Part shown: one piece after another, positions 14,265 to 21,403 of the stretch
How positions within the stretch are numbered: position 1 is the stretch's first letter
How the letters are laid out: each line of letters begins with the position of its first letter
From: Candidatus Auribacterota bacterium
GTDB lineage: Bacteria > Auribacterota > UBA6266
Length of the DNA stretch: 21,403 nt
Direction: 5' to 3'
Assembly (NCBI GenBank): GCA_023136205.1
Contig: JAGLRQ010000074.1
Span: 1 to 21,403 of the forward strand
The notes under the pieces: model-generated
Database searches by the model: none
What the model was told of the DNA's origin: nothing
Seen by the model: only the letters and a program-made list of their open reading frames with translations
Position numbers and translations under genes: made by a program

Positions 14265-15157
14265 CAGTTTTTCCCATCATCCGCGATTGTCCGCGTTTTA
14301 CCCCTGAAATATTCTTTTCTGGCTTTTTCTTCCTCTTCTTCAAGCACACCAAGTATGGCAAGATCTTTTTTATCTATTGAATCTTCTTCTTCACCTTTAT
14401 CGGCAACTGGGACAGAATCAGTTTGTTTTTCTTCTTGTTCTCCGTCTTTTCCCTGTTGTCTTTCTCCTTTACTTTCCTGCTTTTCGTCTTTCTTTTCTTG
14501 ATCTTCGGCTGCTTTCTTTTCTTTCTCACCGCTCTTCTGTTGATCTTTCTGCTCTTTTTTCCCGTCCTTTTTATCCCCGCTATCAGTCTTCCTATCCTGC
14601 TCTTTTTGACTGCTATCCGTTTCAGATTTGTCTTTTTCTTCCTTCTCGCCTTTCTCCTTTTTCCCCTGTCTTTGTTCCTGGCTTTTTTCCATTTCTTTTA
14701 TTTTTATTTTCACAAATTCATGATTATACTTTACATCTTCATCTTCAGGATCCATATCCATGGCTTTTTTATATACATCAAGCGCTTCCTGTAATTTTCC
14801 CTGGCGGTATTTTACATTGCCCAGATTATATGTTGACTTAAACAACTTATTTTTATCCGCTTTCCAGGCCTCCGCGGCCTTTGTGTAACCTGCTTCAGAT
14901 TCATCATATTTGTCGATTTTATAAGCAGCATTAGAAAAGCCGTAATCCGCTTCGGGCAAATGCGGGTTTTTAGTTTTTAACTCACCATATGTTTTATAGG
15001 CATTGTTAAAATCCCCGTTTTCAAATTTCGTTCCCGCGTCATTAAGGGATAAGGACACAAACGGCGGTATCCGGGACACTAACATATGGAATAAAACAAG
15101 AAAGATTATTAATACCAGCGCTATAATTACAGAAATTATTCCCTTATTAATATTCAA
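14261..15157 (-). CDS. batC: BatC-like TPR protein with long K/E/D/Q-rich disordered tail
   Basis: N-terminal TM, then TPR repeats (NNAYKTYGELK.., YNLGNVKYRQGKLQEALDVYKKAMDMDP), then about 130 aa of charged low complexity. It has 4-nt and 11-nt overlaps with its neighbours. Confidence 0.55.
   Translation of the reverse strand: MNINKGIISVIIALVLIIFLVLFHMLVSRIPPFVSLSLNDAGTKFENGDFNNAYKTYGELKTKNPHLPEADYGFSNAAYKIDKYDESEAGYTKAAEAWKADKNKLFKSTYNLGNVKYRQGKLQEALDVYKKAMDMDPEDEDVKYNHEFVKIKIKEMEKSQEQRQGKKEKGEKEEKDKSETDSSQKEQDRKTDSGDKKDGKKEQKDQQKSGEKEKKAAEDQEKKDEKQESKGERQQGKDGEQEEKQTDSVPVADKGEEEDSIDKKDLAILGVLEEEEEKARKEYFRGKTRTIADDGKNW
14305..14695 (-). repeat. Low-complexity purine-rich coding tract (pyrimidine-rich on + strand) encoding the BatC K/E/D/Q tail
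   Basis: The + strand is almost pure C/T over about 390 nt. This generates the two spurious + strand ORFs 14377..14841 and 14423..14794. Confidence 0.8.
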
Positions 15158-16160
15158 CTTCCTTCTTCCTTTCCTCTATCAGAGATTCCGCGACAAGAAG
15201 CAGCAGCGCTGCTAAGAGAAACATTTGATATCTTTCTTCATATCTGCGAATGGTAGACGCTTTTATCTCTCTCTCTTCAAGTTTTGCAATCCCTTTTTTG
15301 TAAATTTCCATGAGGTCTTCATCTCCAGGCATAGCTTTTACATAAACGCCTGAACCGGTAATCTTCGCGATCTTCGCGAAAATTTCGGTTTCCAGTTTGG
15401 AATTTACGTAATTCCCATTCTTATCCTTTAAATATCCTGTTGAACCATCCTCTTTCCGAAACGGGATAAGCCCACCCTTGATAGTCCCTACCCCCAGCAT
15501 ATAGAGGTGAATCTTTTTCGCTTTTAAATCCTCTATTGCGGCTTCTGTATCTTTTCCATGATCTTCACCATCTGTTACCAGAAGAACTACACGGTATTTA
15601 GATTCTGAACCTTCAAAGGATTTTGAAGCCATACTAACCGCTTTACCAAGATCTGTCCCTCCATGTGAAACCATATCAGTATCAACATCGTTGAGAAACA
15701 TATCGAAGACAGCATAATCTGTAGTGAGGGGACACTGCAGAACACTTGAACCCGAAAAAACAACCAGTCCTATCCGATCACCGCGAAGCATATCGATAAG
15801 CTGTCTGATTTCTGTTTTGGCCAATTGCAGGCGGTTCGGCTTTACATCTTCAGCAAGCATACTTCTTGAAACATCCAGGAGTACCATGATATCAACGCCT
15901 CTGGTTTTTGCCTGCTCGATTTTGTATCCCCACTGCGGCCCTGCCATCGCGATAACGGAAAGAAGCAACGATACAGAAATCAAAACAATCTTGCATTTCC
16001 TTAGAAACTTACTAAGGCTTGAAGAAAGTTTTTTCAGTAAATTGCCATCTCCCAGTATAGCAAGCAATTTCTTTTTCCGTCTGTAAGAGTCAAACATAAA
16101 AATTATGATTAAAATAACCGGAATCAAAAACCACAAATATAAAGGATTTTCTAATCTCAT
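15147..16160 (-). CDS. batB: BatB-like membrane-anchored von Willebrand factor A (VWA) protein
   Basis: Two N-terminal TM helices. VWA domain with MIDAS DVSRSM, ..LVTDGEDH.. and a C-terminal TM. ATGA overlap with batA. Confidence 0.8.
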   Translation of the reverse strand: MRLENPLYLWFLIPVILIIIFMFDSYRRKKKLLAILGDGNLLKKLSSSLSKFLRKCKIVLISVSLLLSVIAMAGPQWGYKIEQAKTRGVDIMVLLDVSRSMLAEDVKPNRLQLAKTEIRQLIDMLRGDRIGLVVFSGSSVLQCPLTTDYAVFDMFLNDVDTDMVSHGGTDLGKAVSMASKSFEGSESKYRVVLLVTDGEDHGKDTEAAIEDLKAKKIHLYMLGVGTIKGGLIPFRKEDGSTGYLKDKNGNYVNSKLETEIFAKIAKITGSGVYVKAMPGDEDLMEIYKKGIAKLEEREIKASTIRRYEERYQMFLLAALLLLVAESLIEERKKEVEY

Positions 16161-17164
16161 GGCAATTTCCTAAAAAATGTATCAACAAGCACTATTTGCA
16201 AAAGCATAACCATTAACCCCGCTATCAGCAAATAAGGATACAGTTCTGTGTATTGCATATAAAACTTCTGCATTACCGATGTCTTTTCAAGTTCATTAAT
16301 TTCATTAAAAATTTTATTAAGAGAATCGGCATCCGCCGCTCTGAAATAAACTCCCCTGGTTTTTTCTGCTGTTTCTTTAAGGAGTTTTTCATCAATTTCA
16401 ACAGGAACTTTACCATAAATAGTTCTGCCAAACATGTCTCTTCCAAACGGTATCTCTTTATCTCCTTTGCTTCCTACCCCTATTGTATAAATTTTTATAC
16501 CGAGCTGCGCCGCAATGTCCGCAGCATCAAGCGGGTCAACAGTAAATACATTATTAGCCCCATCGGTAATTAAAATTATCACATTACTTCTTACATCTGA
16601 ATTCTTCAATCTGTTTACCGCAGTGCCAATAGCACTTCCTATTGCCGTACCGTCATTTATCATCCCCGTCTGTATCAATTTTATCCTGTTTAAAAGATAC
16701 TCATGATCTATTGTTGAAGGAGAAATTGAAAAAGCGTACCGGGAAAAAATGACAAGCCCGATTCTGTCTGAAGGCCTTTCCTCAACAAATTTATTCAGGA
16801 CGCTTTTCGCTATATCTATCCTGGAAACATAATTGTTGTCCAACCGCATATCCGCTATATCCATGCTCGTTGATATATCAAGAGCAACAACTATATCTAT
16901 TGTTTCGATAGGAATTTTGGTTTCTTTAATAGGAATCCTAGGCCTGGCAAGGGCTATTATAAAAACAGCCATTGCAAGCATTTTTAAAATACTCACAAGG
17001 TGTCTTCCTCTCACCCTGGCAGGGGGCATTGCCGCCTTAATATTACTAATGTGTGAAAAGATAATTCCCCCGCCAGACCTTTTCCTGCTCCAAAAAAACG
17101 CGAGCAATGGCAGAAGAATCAAAAAAAACAGGATATATGTATTTTTAAACTCGATCATTTCCAT
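16157..17164 (-). CDS. batA: BatA-like membrane-anchored VWA protein
   Basis: Two N-terminal TM helices. VWA domain with MIDAS DISTSMD, ..ILITDGANN.. and a C-terminal TM. Confidence 0.8.
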   Translation of the reverse strand: MEMIEFKNTYILFFLILLPLLAFFWSRKRSGGGIIFSHISNIKAAMPPARVRGRHLVSILKMLAMAVFIIALARPRIPIKETKIPIETIDIVVALDISTSMDIADMRLDNNYVSRIDIAKSVLNKFVEERPSDRIGLVIFSRYAFSISPSTIDHEYLLNRIKLIQTGMINDGTAIGSAIGTAVNRLKNSDVRSNVIILITDGANNVFTVDPLDAADIAAQLGIKIYTIGVGSKGDKEIPFGRDMFGRTIYGKVPVEIDEKLLKETAEKTRGVYFRAADADSLNKIFNEINELEKTSVMQKFYMQYTELYPYLLIAGLMVMLLQIVLVDTFFRKLP

Positions 17165-17166
17165 TT

Positions 17167-18111
17167 TTAAATCTGCGGTTCTTTCTCTTCAAAATCTTCT
17201 TTCGTTTCATTTACAAAATCCACTGTTTTCTCAAACGAACTAATCGCTTCTTGAAGTTGAGGTTCATGTTTCGCGAATTTAACAATATCAGAAGCTTTTA
17301 AAAAACTTTTTAAATAATTTCTCTGTCCGGTGTTAAACACGTCTGCGTTGGATATTTCCGCGAGAAATTCTTCCGTCGTTCTCTCAGGAGCCCTTAAACC
17401 AAAACGCTCTTCAATGTAGTACCTCATAATCGCGGAAAGCCTGAAATAAAAAGTTTTCATAAGCCCTCTGTTTACCAGATCGCTTTCCTTTAAATCATTT
17501 AAAGCGTTCAATGCCTTTTCGTGAGGAAAAATAGACGGCATCTTGCCTATTTTAAGAAGCCCTTTACTGCTCCGGTAATAAAGATACGCAAGGCACAGTA
17601 TAAACAACAAACACACGGCAATAATCATATAAGAACCTGAAAATCCCGGGATTTTCAAAGCAGTTTTTATGTCTTTAATATCTTCAGGATTTTCACCAAG
17701 GGCGCTTTTTACTTCTATAAATATTTGCCCCGATAAATAATCTTTTTTGCTGCCATCAGCTAAAATCAGGCCAAGCTTCGCGGGCGGAATTATATATGAT
17801 CCAATATCGTAACCGGACAATTTATACTTGAACGCGCTTTCCATAAAATCAGCGGTTTTCATCCTGGCGTCTTTCCGATCACAAGATTTTATCTCAAAGT
17901 CACCAATTTGATTTGAGAATTCCGGAAATCCCGGATTGGAATCCAGGGGATATACCGCTTTAAGCGTATAAGTGATGGGCTGGCCTATTTTTACTTCAGT
18001 TTTATCTACTGAAGCAGTAAAGGAAGTATGAATATCCTCACAAAGAGATAGGCTTGCCGCAAAAAGAAGGTAACCAACAAATAAAATTTTAAAAAATATT
18101 GTTTTGTACAT
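17167..18111 (-). CDS. Half-size BatD paralog: signal peptide + one BatD-type beta-sandwich + TM + DUF4381-like cytoplasmic helical domain
   Basis: FTASVDKTEVKIGQPITYTLKAVYP resembles the BatD N-terminal module. TM is IIAVCLLFILCLAYLYY. The tail HEKALNALNDL...FYFRLSAIMRYYIEERFGL..TTEEFL...ASDIVKFAK matches my memory of DUF4381 and parallels the BatD tail (..NECDMITFSS..). It occupies the slot between DUF58 and batA. Confidence 0.5.
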   Translation of the reverse strand: MYKTIFFKILFVGYLLFAASLSLCEDIHTSFTASVDKTEVKIGQPITYTLKAVYPLDSNPGFPEFSNQIGDFEIKSCDRKDARMKTADFMESAFKYKLSGYDIGSYIIPPAKLGLILADGSKKDYLSGQIFIEVKSALGENPEDIKDIKTALKIPGFSGSYMIIAVCLLFILCLAYLYYRSSKGLLKIGKMPSIFPHEKALNALNDLKESDLVNRGLMKTFYFRLSAIMRYYIEERFGLRAPERTTEEFLAEISNADVFNTGQRNYLKSFLKASDIVKFAKHEPQLQEAISSFEKTVDFVNETKEDFEEKEPQI

Positions 18112-18126
18112 ATTTATTTTCTGTTC

Positions 18127-19023
18127 CTACCGTAATGCACTTCTCCGGGTTCTCATTCTAAAAAATTTTTCCAAAGGCTCAAACACGGATTTATCAGTTT
18201 CAATCGAAATGACGTCTATATTCATTGAGCGGATTAACCTGTACAATTCATCTCTTCCGGCAGTTGTTATTTCTTCATACTTTTCCTTAAACTTGAGGTT
18301 AGATGTATTAACCAGGGCAACTTCACCGGTTTCAGCATCTTCAAACTGTACAATTCCAGCCCGTGGTATTGAATACTCCAGGGAATCTTTTACATGAACA
18401 GCTATGACATCGTGTTTTTTTGAGGCAATCATCATCGGCTTTTTAAAGCCGGTATCATAAAAATCAGATATAACAAACAACACGCTTTTTTTAATAAGAA
18501 CACTGTTGGCAAAGTCTATAGCAGAGGTAAGGTTTGTTTTTCTACCGGAAGGTTTGAAAAAAAGTATTTCACGAATAACCCGTAAAACATGCTTCTTTCC
18601 CTTCTTGGGAGGAACATACTTTTCTATTTTGTCAGTAAAGATAATCAGGCCTACCTTATCATTATTTTTTATTGCTGAGAAAGCTAAAGCGGCGCTGAGT
18701 TGAGCCGCAATTTCATTCTTCATTTGCACCCTGGTTCCAAACATATTTGACCGGCTCATATCAACCAGAAGTATTACCGTAAGCTCTCTTTCCTCAACGT
18801 AAAGCTTCACAAACGGTGACCCCATCCTCGCGGTAACATTCCAGTCTATGTTTCTTACATCGTCCCCAGGCACATATTCTCTTACCTCTTCAAACTCAGC
18901 TCCACTGCCTTTAAATACACTTTTATAAGCACCGGAAAGGGCTTCATTCACCACTTTTGTGGTGTATATCTGGATATGTCTTACCTTTTTAAATATTTCC
19001 TTTTTTAGAAATGTTTCTTTCAT
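18127..19023 (-). CDS. DUF58 (VWA-like) protein, MoxR partner
   Basis: Hallmark GAEFEEVREYVPGDDVRNIDWNVTAR, followed by a MIDAS-like LLVDMSRSN. GAGGG RBS 7 nt upstream. Confidence 0.9.
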   Translation of the reverse strand: MKETFLKKEIFKKVRHIQIYTTKVVNEALSGAYKSVFKGSGAEFEEVREYVPGDDVRNIDWNVTARMGSPFVKLYVEERELTVILLVDMSRSNMFGTRVQMKNEIAAQLSAALAFSAIKNNDKVGLIIFTDKIEKYVPPKKGKKHVLRVIREILFFKPSGRKTNLTSAIDFANSVLIKKSVLFVISDFYDTGFKKPMMIASKKHDVIAVHVKDSLEYSIPRAGIVQFEDAETGEVALVNTSNLKFKEKYEEITTAGRDELYRLIRSMNIDVISIETDKSVFEPLEKFFRMRTRRSALR

Positions 19024-19157
19024 AAGAATTCCCTCGAAATCCGGTTATTCAATAACCCGGCAACTAGTATATCGTCCCCTTCGGGGAGGCTACGCTATGC
19101 TCCGCACTATCTCGTGAATTGACTAGATACTATTCACCATTCACTATTCACTGCTTT
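19024..19157 (-). other. Structured 134-nt intra-operon spacer between moxR and DUF58
   Basis: It contains the imperfect palindrome CCGGTTATTCAATAACCCGG (19041-19060), the hairpin TCCCC-TTC-GGGGA (19075-19087), GGAG/CUCC complementarity, and an ATTCAC x3 array with an inverted GTGAAT. No U-tract follows any hairpin. Confidence 0.5.
19131..19151. repeat. Three tandem heptamers (TATTCAC CATTCAC TATTCAC) immediately after the moxR stop
   Basis: Read directly from the sequence. On the mRNA strand this is (GTGAATR)x3. One inverted copy, GTGAAT, sits on + at 19114-19119. Confidence 0.9.
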
Positions 19158-20147
19158 TTACGGTACTTCAATAGTGTCAAATATTTTCTGAATAATAGTT
19201 TCGGAAGTTATGTCCTCAGCTTCAGCTTCGTAAGTCACAATTATTCTGTGTCTCAAAACATCCATGCCGATAGACTTAACATCCTGGGGGGTAATATATC
19301 CTCTTCCCTGAAGAAAGGCGTAAGCTTTTGAAGCTAATGTAAGATATATGCTCGCTCTGGGCGAAGCTCCATATTCGATAAAATCTTTAATATCCAGCTT
19401 ATATTTTTCCGGTTCTCTGGTGGCGAACACAATATCAATAATATAGTCCTTCACTTTATCATCAACATAAATTTCATCTACAAGTTCTCTTGTCTTAAGT
19501 ATCTCTTCATGAGAAATAACCGCTTTAACATTAAAAGATTGTTCAGTATGAGCCATTCTTTCAACTATTTTCTTTTCTTCTTCTCTGGAGGGATATGTAA
19601 TTTTGGTTTTAAGCATGAATCTGTCAACCTGTGCTTCCGGCAAAGGATATGTTCCCTCCTGCTCAATGGGATTCTGGGTCGCAAGAACAAGAAAAGGTTT
19701 CTCAAGCTTAAATGTCTCTTTCCCAATAGTAACCTGCCTCTCCTGCATTGCTTCAAGAAGCGCGCTTTGTACCTTCGCGGGAGCCCTGTTTATTTCATCA
19801 GCAAGGATGAAATTCGCGAATACGGGCCCCTTTTTCACGCCAAAAGTTCCTTCTTTCGGATTATAAATCAGTGTTCCTATAATATCCGCGGGTAAAAGGT
19901 CAGGCGTAAATTGTATTCTCTGGAATTTCGCGTTGATACACGCCGCAAGTGTTCTCACCGCAAGGGTTTTCGCAAGCCCGGGAACACCCTCAAGAAGAAC
20001 ATGCCCGTTTGCAAGAAGTCCAACCATAAGCCTTTCGATAAGGTAACTCTGTCCTACCATAATCTTATTGATTTCATCAAGCAGGTCCTTAACAAAGGAA
20101 AATTCTTTTTCTATTCTTTTTGTAAGTCCGGTAACATCTCCGCTCAT
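19158..20147 (-). CDS. moxR: MoxR-family AAA+ ATPase
   Basis: Walker A LLEGVPGLAKT, Walker B ILADEINRA, QSALLEAMQERQVT and the typical 329-aa length. GGAGG RBS. Confidence 0.95.
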   Translation of the reverse strand: MSGDVTGLTKRIEKEFSFVKDLLDEINKIMVGQSYLIERLMVGLLANGHVLLEGVPGLAKTLAVRTLAACINAKFQRIQFTPDLLPADIIGTLIYNPKEGTFGVKKGPVFANFILADEINRAPAKVQSALLEAMQERQVTIGKETFKLEKPFLVLATQNPIEQEGTYPLPEAQVDRFMLKTKITYPSREEEKKIVERMAHTEQSFNVKAVISHEEILKTRELVDEIYVDDKVKDYIIDIVFATREPEKYKLDIKDFIEYGASPRASIYLTLASKAYAFLQGRGYITPQDVKSIGMDVLRHRIIVTYEAEAEDITSETIIQKIFDTIEVP

Positions 20148-20176
20148 GTCTAAGTTCCTCCTTTAAAAACTTATTT

Positions 20177-21403
20177 TCACCGTAAATCCAGAACACGGCG
20201 AACCTCAACAGCCAAATCATAAATGCTAAAGGGCTTCTCAACAAAACCCTGTGTACTCTTTTTAAGAACTTCCGCGGCCTGTTCTTTCTCTAAGTAACCG
20301 CTTGAGATAATAACCTTCAAATCCGGATTAGCCGACTTGAGGCCTTCGAAGGCAGCTGCCCCCGACATCTTCGGCATTATTAAGTCAAGAATAACGAGAG
20401 CTATTATCCTCTTTTTCTCCGCGTAAACCTGAAGAGCTTCAAAGCCGTTTTTGGCAAAAATTGTTTTGTACCCCAAATGATTAAGAATCTCCTTATAAAG
20501 GCCCTGCAGTTCTATTTCGTCTTCTATAATGAGAATCGTTTCCGTGCCGCGAGGCGGAACCTTTATCTCCGTAGATTCCCGCAACATTTTCCTATCAAAA
20601 ACAGGAAGGTAAATTTTAAATAATGTTCCGCCATGGGATGAGCTTTCAAATTCAATAACTCCTGAATGATTTTTAACAATGTTATAAGATACAGCAAGGC
20701 CGAGCCCTGAATTTACAGAAGGATCTTTTGTAGTAAAAAATGGGTCAAATATATTTTCTGATATTTCCACGGGAATCCCGATTCCTGTATCAGTTACAGA
20801 AAGCAGAATATATGCCCCTAGTTTAATATCAGGATGTGCCGACACAAAAAGTTCAGCCGCATAAAAATTCTCGGTATGTATCAAAATTTTGCCATTACCG
20901 GAAATGGCATCCGCCGCGTTGATTAGCAGGTTTGTAATAACCTGTTCTATCTGTCCGGAATCACCCCTGACTGTGTCAAGATCCTCTGACAGGTCCAGAC
21001 ACAGGCTAATTCTGTGTTCTTTCGTTTCCCTAAGCATTTCTGTTATTCCAGTTATTAGTTTGTTTAAGTCTATGGGATTGCTTTCAAAATGGCTTTTCCT
21101 GCTAAATGTAAGTAGACGATTCGTAAGCTTTTTTGCCCGAATAATAGATTTTTTAATTATGGTTAAATACTGTTTTTGTTTTGACCCTTTTTGAACAACT
21201 TCTTCAAGAAGACTCGCGTAGCCAAGTGTAGACGCGAGAATGTTTTTAAAATCATGGGCAATACCCGCGGCTAACACGCCAACACTCTCCATTTTTTGGG
21301 AACGTATTAACTCACGCTGGGCTTGCCTGAGTTGTGTTACATCTCTGATTATATGAATAAAATTACCTTCAAAATCTTCTTTATCTTTTCCGGAACAAAT
21401 AGG
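20177..21403 (-). CDS. Hybrid sensor histidine kinase / response regulator (PAS end + HisKA + HATPase_c + REC); 5' end off the right edge
   Basis: H-box [12 protein letters not shown] boxes LLINAADA and DTGIGI..GLGLAV. REC domain ILIIEDE...[12 protein letters not shown]...EKPF. The frame remains open upstream of the track's first Met to 21403 ([37 protein letters not shown]), which looks like the end of a PAS domain plus linker. Confidence 0.9.
   Translation of the reverse strand, partial: PICSGKDKEDFEGNFIHIIRDVTQLRQAQRELIRSQKMESVGVLAAGIAHDFKNILASTLGYASLLEEVVQKGSKQKQYLTIIKKSIIRAKKLTNRLLTFSRKSHFESNPIDLNKLITGITEMLRETKEHRISLCLDLSEDLDTVRGDSGQIEQVITNLLINAADAISGNGKILIHTENFYAAELFVSAHPDIKLGAYILLSVTDTGIGIPVEISENIFDPFFTTKDPSVNSGLGLAVSYNIVKNHSGVIEFESSSHGGTLFKIYLPVFDRKMLRESTEIKVPPRGTETILIIEDEIELQGLYKEILNHLGYKTIFAKNGFEALQVYAEKKRIIALVILDLIMPKMSGAAAFEGLKSANPDLKVIISSGYLEKEQAAEVLKKSTQGFVEKPFSIYDLAVEVRRVLDLR

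Noticed and set aside
14377-14841. Two overlapping + strand ORFs (154 aa and 123 aa, 14423..14794) with F/L/S-rich 'membrane-like' sequence.
   Set aside because: They are artefacts of the pyrimidine-only complement of the BatC K/E-rich tract, and no start context supports them.
19119-19331. + strand 70-aa ORF starting in the moxR-DUF58 spacer and running antisense into moxR.
   Set aside because: It has a non-ATG start, no RBS and a low-complexity translation, and most of it is antisense to the well-supported MoxR C-terminus.
1-21403. Looked for CRISPR repeats, tRNA/rRNA-like sequence, IS/transposase/integrase genes, long inverted terminal repeats, toxin-antitoxin pairs and known defence-system genes.
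   Set aside because: None were recognised. The MoxR/VWA genes here have the conserved housekeeping Bat architecture rather than the variable effector-linked vWA-MoxR conflict-system layout.

Overview
AT-rich bacterial window in which 18 of 19 genes are on the minus strand. I found no rRNA, tRNA, CRISPR array, transposase or integrase. There are three blocks. (1) 1-7304 is a self-contained [FeFe]-hydrogenase island. It reads hydC(NuoE-like)-hydB(NuoF-like)-hydA-CMD/AhpD-like gene, then an intrinsic terminator, then a TM1266-type small regulator, hydF, hydG and the first 30 codons of hydE. (2) 7305-11720 is an envelope block. It holds a motif-dense divergent promoter region, a DUF481 outer-membrane protein (the only + strand gene), a secreted metallophosphoesterase and a large membrane-embedded spermidine-synthase-like fusion protein. 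(3) 11723-21403 is a tightly overlapping MoxR - DUF58 - BatD-like/DUF4381 - BatA - BatB - BatC - BatD - BatE operon of the Bacteroides aerotolerance type. It is directly preceded by, and probably co-transcribed with, a PAS-containing hybrid histidine kinase/receiver that runs off the right edge. I do not see an unmistakable brand-new system. The best leads, all readable from the translations, follow. (a) The hydrogenase island deviates from textbook motifs in nearly every component: HydA has TSCSPGW, HydB is a bare NuoF core, HydC lacks the CX4C half-motif, HydG has a displaced auxiliary-cluster Cys, and HydF lacks NKxD. (b) The Bat/MoxR operon, whose function is unresolved, here has a second half-size BatD paralog, a hybrid kinase at its head and one anomalous structured, repeat-bearing 134-nt internal spacer. 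(c) A two-gene operon of unknown function encodes the SpeE-like membrane fusion (GGGDGG changed to GGGLGGG) and a secreted phosphoesterase. Motif comparisons rely on my memory of family consensus sequences and need alignment-based confirmation.
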